From Anthoceros angustus (Eukaryota > Plantae > Anthocerotophyta), in contig MU008154.1 of the NCBI GenBank assembly GCA_010909165.1, positions 620,001-684,000 of the forward strand: a DNA stretch of 64,000 bases, read 5' to 3'. Positions 35,788-49,067 of this stretch are shown here, in pieces. Position 1 is the stretch's first letter. Each line of letters opens with the position of its first letter. The notes under the pieces are model-generated. The model made no database searches, had not been told where the DNA came from, and worked only from the letters and a program-made list of their open reading frames with translations. A program made the position numbers and the translations under genes.

Positions 35788-37257
35788 TCAAGCGAGAACT
35801 CTCCCAGGAGTGGGACATGACTGATATCGGACCTTTAAAGTTTGCACTTGGAATTCAGTTTGCTTTTGATATGGGCAGGACTTGTGTATGTATTCATCAA
35901 TCACATTTTATACGTCAGCTTCTCACTAAATTTAATCTGCTGGATGTAAACCCAGTCTCTACTCCAGTTTCCACTAGTGACAAGCTATCTATTAAGGACA
36001 CCCCAACTACTAATAGTGAACGAGCAGCTATGTCAACTATACCCTATAGAGAGGCAATTGGGAGCCTTTTATATTTAGCTAGCTGGACTCGTCCAGATAT
36101 TTCCCAGGCTGTCGGTATAGTCTCACGCTTCCTCAGCAACCCTGGACAAAAGCATTGGGTCGCTGTGAAACGTATCCTTCGTTATTTGAAAGGGACCCAA
36201 CACATGTATATGCAGTATTCACAACATGGCAGCAGTATTCTTACCTCGTTTTCTGATGCCGACTGAGCAAGGGACATTGATTCTCGGAAGTCTATAGTAG
36301 CTTATTGTGTCCTGCAAGGTTCAGCAATCAGTTGGCAATCAAAAAAGTTATCCATCGGTCTCTCCTCAGCAAGGCGGTATGGTGCTCTTTCACTTGTTGC
36401 CGTGAGATCACTTGGGTCGACGGTTTCTTGATGGTATTCAGGAGCAACTCGAGCAACCACATTGCGACAACCAACCAGCTATCGGCGTCCCCATCCTGCA
36501 CGCGATCAAAGCATATTGAGATTCAATTTCATTTTATCCATCAAGCGAGAACTCTCCGAGTGGGACATGGTGATGTCGGACCTTTAAAGTTTGCACTTGG
36601 CATTCGGTTTGCTTTTGATATGGGCAAGACTGTATGTATTCATCAATCACATTTTATACGTCGACTTCTCACTAAATTTAATCACTGGATGTAAACCCGT
36701 CTACTCCAGTTCCACTAGTGACAAGCTATCTATTGAGGACACCAACTACTAATGAACGAGCAGCTATGTCAACTATACCTTAGAGGCAATTGGGAGCCTT
36801 TTATATTTAGCTCTGGACTCGTCCAAATATTTCCCAGTTTTCGGTATAGTCTCACGCTTCCTCAACCACGGACAAAAGCATTGGGTCAGTGAAACGATCC
36901 TTCGTTATTTGAAAGGGACCCAACACATGTATGCAGTATTCACAACATGGCAGATTCTTACCTCGTTTTCGATCGGGCGAGGGACATTGATTCTCAAGTC
37001 TATAGTATTGTGTCCTGCAAGGTTCAGCAATCGTTGGCAATCAAAAAGTTATCCATCGGTCTCTCCTCAACCGAGGCGGTATGGTGCTCTTTCACTTGTT
37101 GCCGTGAGATCACTTGGGTCAGACAGTTTCTTGATGGTATTCACCGAGCAACTCGAGCAACCACATTGCGACAACCAACGACTATCGGTGGCGGCCAACC
37201 CCATCCCGCAGCGATCAAAGCATATTGAGATTCAATTTCATTTTATCTGTCAAGCAG
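35788..37257 (+). repeat. Duplication of ~750 bp of RT/RNase H inside Copia B
   Basis: Junction at ~36540 joins RNase H (TTTATCCATCAAGC) to RT (ACATCAAGCGAGAAC) over CATCAAGC. Confidence 0.88.
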
Positions 37258-40200
37258 TGGAAATGGGAATCATACAGCTCCAATACGTTCACACCTCAAC
37301 CAACATTGCTGACATTCTTACTAAGGGACTCCCTAAGATGTCACATGATCAGCATAGATGCTCCCTCGGGCTTAATGATTCCACCAACACTTATCTTAAA
37401 GCAGCGAGTCGGGATCCTCCTCTGGATCCTCCTTTGGATTCAGCTTGATTTTGAGCCCTACGATGCAGCATTGGGCCATCCCCTCGATTTTCAGTTCCTA
37501 TGTGGCCTTGCAGGATCGCTTTGGAGCCCTAATCAATCACTACACCCCGTTAATCTGGATGAATCAACACTCTAAAGTTAGCGGATCGGTGATCACTTAC
37601 CTTCAATAGCAGAATTAAGTAGCTTGGAAGTTCGCGAGTTACCTCCTCTCTCGCCATTCTTAAGCCGGCGATAGCAGCGAGCGTCTTCGCGAATTTCCTT
37701 CCTTACCTTTTTTTTGGGAACTTCATCAGGCGCTTTATCTTCAGCTACATCAACCAGGTTTTGCATCCGCCTTCTACTTCCAACTCTATGTGATGCAGAA
37801 TGCCTCGGAGGCAGCAGGATCCAAACAGCCAGCATGATCGCAATCGTGAGCTCTAAGAGGTGAGCTGTGATCAGACTGTATGCTCGAGTTTTTTTTGTTT
37901 ATGCAAGCCGTGAGCACTTTACTGAAGACGGGCGCGCACCTCTACCGGACCTCGTGGATTACGTATCTAAACGTTTTTTTTCGAGTTAGGTCTGAGGGGG
38001 CGTATTGGATAATATTGTTTAGTTCATACCTAACTCTAGTTAAGAGTATCGTTTCATTAATTAATTAGGGTTACTTTAGAAAAAAACGGTTACACTTCTT
38101 CTTTATGTACCTTTTGATTGATTCACGATGACATTCTCTTCCGCACACGCGCTCCTCAACATCTGGTCCTTATGCTTCTGAATCTATGATGTCCGTGTGA
38201 TGCCCATATCACAAAGAACGCCTTAGAGATTCGGGTTCTGGAATAGGTACGGGCTCTGGATCTGGATTGAGAGGTGCAATTGGTTGCAGAGGAGGTGGTA
38301 CCGAGCACTGCTCATGTGGTAGTGCTGGATGGCTCACGAGGAGGAGGCCGGACCGTGGGCCGCCGTTGGCCGAAACCGGATTTCTTGAGCTTGGAGCTTG
38401 TCTTCGTCGTAGAGTGTTTCCCCCTCAAGGTTGTGAGGGGAATCCGAGTGAAGGAAACCTAGTGCGGCAGGAAGAGGAGACGAGAGGGAAGCTAGGTAGG
38501 AGTTAAGTAGCAAAGATTCATGGAAATGAGCGCTACGGGAAAGAATTACCTCACGGATGGCAGGGTCAAAGAGGCGATAGGCCTTGGATTGGTCTGAGTA
38601 CCCGATAAAGAGGAGTTTTCTACCCTTGTCGTCCCACTTCTTCCGGTTCACATCAGGGATATGGGCGAATGCGGAGCTGCCAAATATTCGTAGATGAGAA
38701 ATGCGGGGCTTGTGCCCGGTCCATCGTTCAAACGAAGTGATGTTGGGCAGCTCCTTTGTTGGCAGGCAGTTCTTCAAGTAGTTGGAGGTTGCCACAGCCT
38801 CGGCCCAGTAACCTCAAGTGGGAGAATAGATCTGGAGATCTCAAGCAAAGAGCGATTCAGGCGCTCTGCAAAAGGATTATGGGAGGGTGTGTGAGGTACT
38901 GTGAGTTGGCGAAGGATCCCTTTGGATCTACAGAAGTCCTGGAAGGCATGGCTTGTGTACTCCCCAGCGTTGCCAATGCGAAGAGTACAGTCCTGGAAGC
39001 CTGTTTGCCTTTCTTCTGCTAGGACAAATTCTGGGAAGCATGTAAGTGCGTCATCCTTGTGCTTCAGGAAGAAAATATGGCAGTACCTGCTCCATTCGTC
39101 CAAAAAATTTAGGAAGTAGGAGTGGCCTTCAAAACTGGAGGTGCTCATGGGTCCGCAAATATCTGAGTGAACGACTTCAAGGAGGCATCGAGCTCGAGTA
39201 GGTGAGGGATCTTTGAATGGGAGCTGATGCAGCTTTGAGTACTTGCAAATTTTGTAGAAGAAGTCTTGGGGTACCTTGATGTTGGCTGGATCTTTGTACT
39301 TGTCCAGGTTGGAAAATGTGCTGAGGTACCGTGGATTGATGCGTCCTGCTCGACAGTGCCAGAGTCTGGTGTTGTCGAGGTTGCTAGATGATGAGCTATC
39401 GACGCCGAGGAATAATTAAGGTGCATGTGTCGCTGAAAGGGAGTCCGTGTGTGATTGCAGTTTGCGTCTTGTCTTTTGAATGAAAGATGGAGCAATGATT
39501 GCCTTGGAAAGTGATGATGAAGTCATGCTCCGTTGCAAGCTTACGGACTGATAAGAGATTCTTTGTCATAGCAGGGACATGGAGAGCGCCGTTGATTATA
39601 AGGGTCTCACCGTTTGACAATCTCAGCTGTACTTCGCCGGTGTCTTCAACTGGGAGAGAGCTGTCGTCTCCGAGGAGGACATGTTGGTCGAAGTGAACAG
39701 TGTGATGGGATGTGAACATATCCTTGCTGCTGCAGATGTGGGTTGTGGCTCCCGAGTCTAGAAACCATATGCAACTATCCGTTCTGGTGAGTGTTAAACA
39801 AACAGCTAGAATTGAGCTTGCAGGGGGTGACTTGATGGGTGAAGTCACGTTGGACTCATTTCTGGGTGAGTCTCATCGGGGTTCTCCCGATTGTTTCTTT
39901 TTGCATTCGTGCTCGAAATGGCCTGGGATCTTGCACCAATTGCAGGGTCCTTTGCTATTCTTCTTCTGATTGTTCTGACTGTATCTATTATAGCTTCCAG
40001 ATGACTGCTGTTGTGAGTCGAAAGGTCGCCGATCGGAGAAGTTACCACGTCCTCTGCCTCTTCGACCCCCTCAGCCTCGAGAGGTGAAGAGTGCGGAGTT
40101 GGAGCTACCTTGGCCAGCACGTGGGTTGGAGCCACGGCTTGATTCCTCCTCGAGTAGTGCTCCCACAACTTCGGAGAAGATGCCAGCTGCTGGTGCACCT

Positions 40201-43200
40201 CCCGCTTGTGTGGCTTGTCGGAGGATAGAGCTCTGGGAACTAACAAACGTTCTGTAAGATGCAGGCAGAGATGTAAGGAGTATTACTGCTGCTTGATGCT
40301 CGGTGATGGTGGTGCCGGCTGCGGTGAGGCGAGCCCTGGAAGCTTGAAAGTTGCTGATGTGCTGCTCAACACTTTCAGTGTCCTTCATCTTGATTTGGTA
40401 GAATAGTTTGATTGCATTTATTTGTGACATTGAGTCTTGCAACTGGAACATGTCGTTAAGTGCTTTCCAGATTGCGTGAGCATCGTCCTTCCCTTGTGTG
40501 TGATGGAGCATGTTTTTGTCAAGTGCAGAGATTAGAGCATTGCGTGTACATTTGTCCTTCTTAACCCAGGCTGCAATTGTATCAAGTGTACCAACGGGGT
40601 TGGTAGCGGGCCCTGGCTTCACGAGTGTGCCGTCCGCAATCTCCATCAACTCGTGTTCTTCAAGAAGGCGGTAACTCGCATCTCCCATACACCAAAATCT
40701 GTTCCGCTGAATCAGTCACGATCGCGGAGCTCAATTTTGGTGGTTGGTGCTGCCATAATTACTTGTCTTTCTTAGTCTTTCTTTTATAATTCTTAAGGGG
40801 ATCGAATGCTAACATACGCCATGTAGGATGCTAGGATACTGTCTAAAATCTATAGATTCTCTCTAATGCTAGGTGGAGCGACTCGATTTGGTACTCGATT
40901 GCTGGAAGTTGTGACTTCAGGTCTTCATGAGTGATGATTGTCTTGGCAGGGAAGGTACTTGGGTGATTGCGAGAGGATCTGCAAACGGTGAGTTAGGAAA
41001 ACGTCGAGCTTGTACGGTATGCTGCAGTAGGTGCACGTCGACGTTTGAATCCAATACCGCGCGTCATTTGTGCAATGCAATCATTGCAGATGACTTGCCT
41101 TGGGGGCGGGGCCCGGCCAAGAGGTGAGTAGCCGCTTCCTAGCCATGTTGCCAATTTCAAGATCGTTGGCGTTAATTGCCTTTTGTTGTGTGCAGCGCTA
41201 TAACGATGGATCTTGGAAGACCAGGCGCGAGGCGCGCTTGATGCACCGAAAGGCAGGGAGTGCTCCTGTTCTGATACCGTAAAGAGACCACTAGAGCGAA
41301 TGAATTTGCATTGATGGATCAAGGTATTTATGAAAGTGTGTTCGTGTAACTGCTGAGCAGTTGATATTCTACGAAGTAACCTGCCTAACTGTGGGAACTG
41401 AAGCTTAAAAATTATTTTCCAGCCATCTATGTGAAACGTGCCCTAACTCGGATCCGCCAGCGCCTCTATCGCGCTATGTCGCAACAACAACATGCAATTC
41501 AAGGACCAGATTGGCACGTTCTTCTACGCTCCGTCTCCTGTCACAAAACGCTGCAGGTGGCTTTGGAGGTGTACAAGTGTATAATCGGCCGGTCATTTCT
41601 GTGCCGTTTCCACCGCCGGAAGGGGACATTACTCTCCTCATTGGTGACTGGTATAAAACTGGCCATACTGTAAGTTCTGTTGTCAGACATTGTTCTCCGC
41701 TGTTCCATCCTGGTCTTGAACTTGTTGCGTATATGGAAGGCGAGTCCCCAAACTGACTTGTTCTAGCCTTGTCATACAAGGTCTTGAGAAACATTTTAGA
41801 AAAAGGACCCTTCGGCCTCCACCAGATGCGATTCTGATAAACGGCAGAGGGCCAGCCGGGAGTAGGAAACACACTATTGTTGATGTGAACCCAGGCCTCT
41901 TCGATTTCCTCTTGGAAGTGGCAGCTTGGCTTCTTCAGAATCCTGCGACCTTTGTCCACTTCAGCATTTTCTCGCAATTTTACCGATTTGAACTGTACAT
42001 GATTGTGGATGCAGGTAAAACATACCGGTTTCGGGTTTCCAATGTGGGAACCTCCACCACCTTCAGCTTTGCTGTTCAGAGCCATAATTTTTTACTCGTG
42101 GAAGCCGAGGGCTCGTACACCCAGCAGACCGTCTACACCAACTTGGATGTACACGCCGGCCAGTTTTATTCTATCCTCATAACCACCGATCAAGGCGCCG
42201 GTAACTTCTACATTGTGGCAACCTCTCGCTTTGTTACTCCTACGATTGAAGGTGTTGCCGTACTGCATTACACAAACTCAAAGACGAAGCCTTCTGGATC
42301 ATTCCCACCGTCGCCTGACCCGTTGGATTTCGACTCATCCATATCTCAAGCGAAAACTATCAAGTAAGTAGTTAAATCCATGGCCTCTCGTTGTGAATCG
42401 CGGCGTGTGTAGGTGTGTTGCTGATTGGTTGATGCTCGAATGCGGCTGCATCAAATTTTGCACTCAATCCCTCCTGCACCTTGGTCGGTTGCCTGCACAG
42501 GTGGAACCTTACAACCGGAGCTGCCCGGCCCAACCCTCAAGGTTCCTACCACTATGGACAGATCAAAATATCGCAGACTGTCATCGTGGCCGACTCTGCC
42601 CCGGTGATGAGTGGGAAGCAAAGATATGCTGTGAACGGGGTGTCATATCTGGCACCAACAACACCCCTGAAACTAGCTGACTATTTCAAGATCACTGGAG
42701 TATTTGAGCTGAATTCCATCCCTTCACTCCAGGAAACCAGGGCACCCTGCGATTCTAAAACATCTATCATGGTTGGCGATTACAGATCTTTCACTGAGTT
42801 TGTTCTGCAGAATGGTGAAGACACGATTCAGTCATGGCATTTTGATGGGTACTCGTTCTTTGTTGTGGCGTAAGTGTACTAAACCCTAGGTATTGTTATT
42901 CATGGTAGGAAGCCTGTTTTTCTTATGCATGTGAGGACATGGCAACCACTTGAGGTGCCTAGAGGAAGGTTGAGCTAATTATTGTTGTCTTCCATTCTTT
43001 GGCAGTTTTGGCTTCGGAGACTGGTCCTTGAAAGCCAGAGACTCCTATAATCTTGTGGACGCTGTTTCTCGCAGCACAACTCAGGTAAGAACTATCTCGT
43101 TGCTGATTCGTGAGGAAGACGGTAGAATTCAGCAGTCCTGTAAGTTAAATCGTCTTTCATTCTGCAGGTTTATCCAAAGGGATACACTGTCGTCCTGGTG

Positions 43201-43748
43201 GCGATGGACAATGTTGGAATGTGGAACTTTCGTTCAGCACAGCTTCAGCGAGCTTATTTGGGGCAGGAGTTCTACATTCAGGTGTATGATCCTGCAGAAT
43301 CTTTGAGAACTGAGAAGGCCATTCCAGCAAATGTGCAGCAATGTGGCAAAGCAGCACGTCGCTGAAGAGTCGATCTGCCTTTGCTTCATTTCAAATAAGA
43401 CACTTTTGCGTTTTGTCCACGACTCTTGTTTTGAAGCAAGGGTTGTGAACATTAGTTCTTTTCTCAGCCGTGAGACGCTGAGAAGGGAGTGCTTCGGTTG
43501 GAGTTGTCGGTCATGAAAATGAGGGTCATGAAAATGAGGTTGTTCAAATCAAATAGGACCCTTGTGTATGCATCTTCTGTTGCCTAGTATTCTTCAGATG
43601 CATGCTGGCTATACGATGTGCAGTCCTGAGCAGCATCTTCTGCACTACATATTTCTCTACACACACACAAGCACGGGGAGTAGCGCGGCTTCCTCAGTCA
43701 AATGGATCTGCGTATCGTCCACGCCTGCGCAGTCCACACCTACATACA

Positions 43749-43880
43749 GTACTTATGGACACGTACACCCTTTAGGTACAGACTGTACTTGTGTGGTTGG
43801 TACTACCGTGGTATTGGTACCAAACTCAGGTAAGGTTGGTGGACATCGTCTCCTTCTCCCCGTCTCCGGTCTATGTACTG
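43749..43880. promoter_or_regulatory. GTAC array, unit-3 copy (about 7 sites); a more eroded copy lies at ~22949-23140
   Basis: Homologous to 19290-19430. Confidence 0.5.
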
Positions 43881-45276
43881 TAGGCCGTGACCAACCGTAA
43901 TTGGTAAGTGTGTCCAAGCCACCGCAAATATATACGTGTCCCGAAGGTAGATTGGCAGAACCTTCTCGAACTTATGTGCTACTAGACTGCTACATTGCTA
44001 CTAAGCCACCACACGAACGTCCTTGTGTCTGTTTGCAACAGGGTCCAAAGACGTCGGTCTTCTTCCGCCTTCGTCAGTGCCGTTAACTCGGGAGTTACAC
44101 TTAACTGACAATTCCCTACTTGGGAACGTGTCTTTTATAAACCTAGCCCACCCCAGCCCAGCCAGGACCAGAAACCTCTAAAACCCACAGGGTGCACGTG
44201 GAATTGGATCTTGCAAAGGGACTCAGTGGGCTGAAAACATTTGAGGAGGAGCTGCGCCTCAATCTGTGAGAAAGCAATACTTAAGAGGCGGAAATCAATC
44301 CTGCAAATCTAAAACAGTATGATGGTGACGCTTGAATTGGAGGAAGACGGTATTGGTCCACAAACAAGGATCGTACCTTTCAGGGAAGAGGCGCTTCCGT
44401 GCCTTTCATATCAATGCAAGTGGGGACAGAGGTCTCACAGTCATGCATTGTTCATGATTAAGACATTGGGGAGCTTACGGCACTGGTACTTTAACCTTGG
44501 CTGGTACTTTAACCATGTGCCAAGGAATACACTTGGAGGTGGTCCATTGGTACTGAGCCTGAAGAGTTTCTTTTAGAAATGACATGTTATGGCCCGGCCA
44601 ATCCATGGGTCCCAGCGTACGCGCAGTATCTTCATAGATTGCCATGCTGAGCACTCCGGATGGCAAAGTGTCCTCTGATACAAAGACGTCACTGAAGGCT
44701 GAGGTTGTAGAGAGTTGGTAAGACTTGTAATTAGGCCCTATAATTGTGGGTAAGTGGGTGGGTCACACTGTCGCTGAACCACCCACAGTCACCGCCAGCT
44801 AGCTCCAATTTTTATGAATCGACACAAGATCGACACAAACAGTACTGAAAACGTCCAATTAGGCTAAGGCATGTATCGGCACTGACCGCCGGAGACTCCA
44901 GCTCAAAATCGTACTTTCGCCATTTGGGGTGTCGCTTTGTTACTGGGCCACAAAACCTCACACTAGTTGTCATCACTTAAGTGTCCGAGGCAAAGTTCCG
45001 GTCAAGGCCAGTGACGTGCGCAGCCCAAGGGCCTGCGCTCTACCAGGATTCCACATATACGTTGAAAGTCTTCATCAGTCTACATACTTCCTTCCTTCCT
45101 TCCTTCCGGGTACCTTCCACACATGCCTGCTTATAAGCCCGGCACCAGCAAGCCCTTCTCAAAACTGCAACCCACACTCCAGACTTGTGAGTGTTCTCTT
45201 GCTCTCAGCTCATTTGCGAAATAGAAAACTCTACTTACAATTTCTCAGGCAACACTCAACTCAGTCTTCAGCGATC

Positions 45277-45606
45277 ATGGCCATGGCGAAGCTCGTCCTC
45301 GTCCGCAACGTTCTCTGTGTCTTGATGCTTCTGGCAGCAGTGATGACTGATGCGGCAAAGATCGAGACGTTCAACCCAGCCAGCTGTGATGGAGCTGCTA
45401 CCAACACGTTCTACGTGGGCGGGAACACCTGCCAGACGTTTATCGACCAGGGCGCTGTGCGGATTAGTGAAATTGACGGCGGCACCCGTGTGTCCATACA
45501 CAACCAGAGGAACTGTGAAGGCTCCAGTAGCGTTGCACAGATTTACGGACCAGGGTGTGTGGTGCAAGGTGCAACCAAGCTGCGCGCTGTCTGGATTCAG
45601 GGTTGA
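45277..45606 (+). CDS. MiAMP1-like peptide copy 3, intact, 109 aa
   Basis: One amino-acid difference from copy 1 (DGAAT vs DGGAT); W-box, TGACG and TATA retained. Confidence 0.75.
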   Translation: MAMAKLVLVRNVLCVLMLLAAVMTDAAKIETFNPASCDGAATNTFYVGGNTCQTFIDQGAVRISEIDGGTRVSIHNQRNCEGSSSVAQIYGPGCVVQGATKLRAVWIQG

Positions 45607-46695
45607 ACATCGCATGTTGCGTCTTCATAAGTATACATAAGGTATGCCCCATTGCAACTCTTTTATCCAACAGAATTGCATGTACTTCTTCAAGCTCCTG
45701 CGTTTTAGAAGGAGCTATGGTTTTGTGCCTGTGGTTCTTTCGGTGATACCTGCACATTCTTAAGGCTGAGCGCCGTACCGTTTTGTGTAGGCACGAATCG
45801 GATGTGGACACACTTGGTCATCACGTGAGATGAGCATAGATGGGGATACCAACTAGGTGGAGCATTTGGCATAGATGTATAGGGATCTATATCTGAGAAT
45901 AAAACAAGTGTACCATCCGAAGAAAAGTTTTTAAATAAATAAATACCTTGTTTAATTAAATCCCACCTCTATTTAGTCAATGAAGTGCTCGCTTGCCAAT
46001 CTCGGAGGCAACTCACAATCAAGTTCACTAAAAAAAATGTAGGAGGCAACTTGCTCAGCGTGAATCACTTTGGAACAGTGTCATCGCCTCTTTGACAGAC
46101 AAGCTGCAAGTTTGAAATGCTCAAGCTGCAAGCTTGAAATGCTCTTGTGCCTCGCCTAGTAGAGTTTGTTGTCCACAGCAAGGGTATAATGATTTGCGTA
46201 ATTTTGGTAGGACGTTAATCGTAGAGGCCATTAAGAAAGCAGTTCAGAGATAGGATCTTCTGCAAGGGTCGGTTGGCTGTGATCAACAATCATGCCAGGT
46301 AGAGATCTGACCTTCTGCTGTTGCAAACTGGGATGGTTGATTCTTCAACATGGTTCTAGCCTTGGCCAGCCAGGGGCCTCAATTGTGTAAGGTTGATTGT
46401 TAATCGTTTCGGAAATGGTTCTGCCATGGCCAGCAGGGGTGCTTAATCGAGCAAGATTGGTTTTGTCAATCGTTCTGGAAATGTGTCTGCCCATGGCCTC
46501 CAGGGGCTTAATTGTGCACAGCTGACATAAGTAGTAAATGATTGTCATGCGACTGATACTGGATGAACTCAGTATTGCTTCCAGATCTCCTGCAGGAACG
46601 CGTGTTTCTCTAAGGCAATGTGGGTCAAGGCTGTGACGTGCCGAGCCGAGTTATGTACAGTCTACACCTGACAAATATTACCGATTCAGATGTAT

Positions 46696-46825
46696 CAATG
46701 GGGTAACATTTAACGAGGTCAGAGAGTCTCACGGGGTAACATTTAGCGAGGTATGTATGTACTTTTCAGAGAGTCTCGCGGGGTAACATTTAGGGAGGTA
46801 TGTATATATTTTTCAGAGAGTCTCA
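46696..46825 (+). repeat. ~47-bp tandem repeat x3 at the tail of the short 5S-derived element
   Basis: cagagagtctc(a/g)cggggtaacattta(g)cgaggtatgtat...tttt repeated. Confidence 0.8.
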
Positions 46826-47051
46826 CGCGATGACCACACACGAGCGAGATCGGCGCGCCAAGGTAGACCGGGACGACTATTACCAGAATAAATTTGCTCA
46901 ACCGGGCTGATTTATCCAGCTGGGCTAAAAGATTGTGAAAGGATAATTCCCCATCCCAGCATTGATCTTCCCCATCCCAGCATTGATCTGCCCCTACATT
47001 GCTTAACTGTTAAGTTCTTAATGTCCCCTGGTGTATATGCACCCCACGATG
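46810..47051 (-). mobile_element. Short (~240 bp) member of the 5S-derived SINE-like family
   Basis: Both ends homologous to the 25332-27813 element without its expansions. Minus head TACACCAG...AGAACT..ACAGTTAAGC...CTGGGATGGGG matches the 5S boxes. Confidence 0.65.
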
Positions 47052-47752
47052 AGGTACATATATCACTTGTCAAATATGAGTAAAAACATAAAAATAATGT
47101 AAATTGGTCAGGGAAAACTTCAGGTGTTCCAAGTGGTGTTACTGTATCTCCTTGTCGGAGGGCTAAAGACTTGCGTCGTTTACGGTCACACGGTGTGACG
47201 ACGACGATTGGAGCCCGACTCCCAAGAGAGTGCGACGGCAGCCGGATAATATGCTACGTGGTGACGACGGTTGTGAAAATCTTCCACATGAAGGCCAAAG
47301 CGAATAGGCACCGAGCGCCGAAGTGTGTAGGCGTAATTCAAGTGGACTTCACCATTTGGCCTGTCAGTTTGTAACTGGGCCACAAGGTGCACGGCACGTC
47401 AGTCATCTGCAGAGCACAAACTTGAATGAGGTCAAGGCTCGTGACGTGCCATGCGGAGCCTGCCGAAGGACCTTACTGCTACCACGAATCCGTTGAAAGC
47501 GTGAGTCTACACGCCTCCTTCCTTCCTTCGCGGTACCTTCCGCTAACGCCCCTTTATAAGGCCCGGGAACCAGCAAGCTTTTCCCACAACTGCAATCCAG
47601 ACTTCTGTTCCTGCTCTCAGCTTACGAGTTTGCGAGCTCAACAGCTCCACTTACAGTTCCGCAGTGTTTCTGCTCTCAGCTTACTTGCGAGCTCGACAGC
47701 GCCACTTACAATTCGGATTCGCCAGTCATTCAGGGTTCCCGCTTCAGCGACC

Positions 47753-48085
47753 ATGGCCATCGCGAAGCTCGTCGTCGTCAGCAACAACGTTGTCTGCGTC
47801 TTGCTGTTGCTTTCAGTAGTGATGACTGACGCGGCAAAGATCGAGACATTCAACCCGGCCAGCTGTGACGGATCTCCTACCAACACGTTCTACGTGGGCG
47901 GGAACACCTGCCAGACGTTTATCGACCAGGGCGCTGTGCGGATCAGTGAAATCGACGGCGGCACCCGTGTGTCCATACACAACCAGCAGAACTGCGAAGG
48001 CTACAGTAGCGTTGCACAGATTTACGGACCAGGGTGTGTGGTGCAAGGGGCGACCAAGCTGCGGGCCGTCTGGATTCAGGGTTGA
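47753..48085 (+). CDS. MiAMP1-like peptide copy 4, intact, more diverged paralogue, 110 aa
   Basis: MAIAKLVVVSNNVVCVLLLLSVVMTDAAKIETFNPASCDGSPTNTFY...RAVWIQG; W-box+TGACG at 47431-47448, TATA ~47554. Confidence 0.75.
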   Translation: MAIAKLVVVSNNVVCVLLLLSVVMTDAAKIETFNPASCDGSPTNTFYVGGNTCQTFIDQGAVRISEIDGGTRVSIHNQQNCEGYSSVAQIYGPGCVVQGATKLRAVWIQG

Positions 48086-48949
48086 ATAACAGTCACATGT
48101 TGCAATTCTTCATAAGTATGCATGAGGTGTGGCTCCTGAGTCTTCAGTGAAGCTAGTTTATCCATCAGAATTGCGTGTACTTCTTCAATCTCCTGCGTTT
48201 TCAGGAGCGTTGGTTTGCTGGCTTTGGTTCTTTTGATGATGTCTGACATTCTTTAAGGCTGAGCGCTGTACCGTTTTGTGCAGGCACGAATCGGATGAGG
48301 TGACACACTGGCCATCACGTCAGATCGGCAGCAATGGAGATACCAACGAGATCAAGCATCAAGCATTTGGCGTAGATGTATAATAAGTACATATATGAGA
48401 ATAAATTAAGTGTACCTCCGCAAAAATGTGCTTCTAATAGATAAATACTTTCTGTTTAATCCCTTCCAGTTTCGGAGGCAACTCGTTCAGTGTGAGAAAC
48501 ACTCGACAAGCAAAAACAGTTGAAACGGTGTCTTTTGGCAGAAAAGCCGCAAGCTTAGAACTCGAGCCTCGCAGAGTTTTGTCTCGGCCGCTGCCCTGCT
48601 GGGATTAGGCTGGCCTGATCGATGCGGCCTGGATGGTCAGTCTGCAATGCTTGCTTGATAATGGCCCGCCCATCCTGGGATGGTAATCAGGCTTTCCCCG
48701 GTGATGATGGCGTTGATTGCCTCGGCTCGATCGTAATCAGGGCGATGGGTGCCAAGGGTAGCCTGATTGTCGCGGCTGGAATCAGGCTGGCCTGGTGGCA
48801 GAAAACCATCCAGCCGGCCGAATCGGGAGGATCGGCCATTGCCAGCAACCGTAACGGGCACGGGGTGCATCGGCTGCTTAAAAGTTTACTACAGGCCAAG
48901 CTGGCAGGGAAGGAATAAATGTGTTGTAGGGACAATATTGTCTAAACAT

Positions 48950-49020
48950 GTCCGGATGGGCGAGTTGGTGTTAGGCCACAAGGCAAATGTAACCCGGGTT
49001 CAAATCCGGATCCCGGCTTC
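48950..49020 (+). mobile_element. tRNA-derived SINE head or tRNA pseudogene
   Basis: A-box-like TGGGCGAGTTGG (48957) and B-box GGTTCAAATCC (48997); imperfect T-arm, no valid anticodon arm. Confidence 0.45.
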
Positions 49021-49067
49021 ACCTTCGAATGCACTTCTGCGCACCAACTCAAATCTTTTGAATTTAT

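Larger units (their letters stand above)
29836..38215 (+). mobile_element. Ty1/Copia LTR retrotransposon B, nested in A between integrase and RT
   Basis: 213-bp LTRs 29836-30048 and 38003-38215 (6 differences), TSD GAACGC, PBS TCGGTATCAGAGCC, PPT GAGGGGG. gag, CCHC, WFLDSGAT protease, GAG-pre/integrase, RT YVDD, RNase H; stops and frameshifts. Confidence 0.95.
28023..41486 (-). mobile_element. Ty1/Copia LTR retrotransposon A (host of nested element B), defective
   Basis: 207-bp LTRs 28023-28229 and 41280-41486 (15 differences), TSD ACAAC, PBS CGGTATCAGAAC, PPT GAGGGGGAG. gag from 40756 (early TGA), CCHC knuckle, protease WFLDSGATTH, integrase, RT (YVDD), RNase H truncated after HAR. Confidence 0.95.
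25192..43365 (+). pseudogene. SKS pseudogene copy 3 (exons 2-8), split by the 5S-derived element and the nested Copia pair
   Basis: Exon 2 broken at 25331/27814, exon 3 broken at 28022/41487 (TGGACATACAAC|...|ACAAC ATGCAATTC); further frameshifts and a TAG in exons 3-4; exon 8 has the intact GGAATGTGG. Confidence 0.9.

Noticed and set aside
37593-37835. Antisense ORF in the 3' region of Copia B
   Set aside because: 80 aa, non-ATG start, no motif; conservation cannot be assessed.
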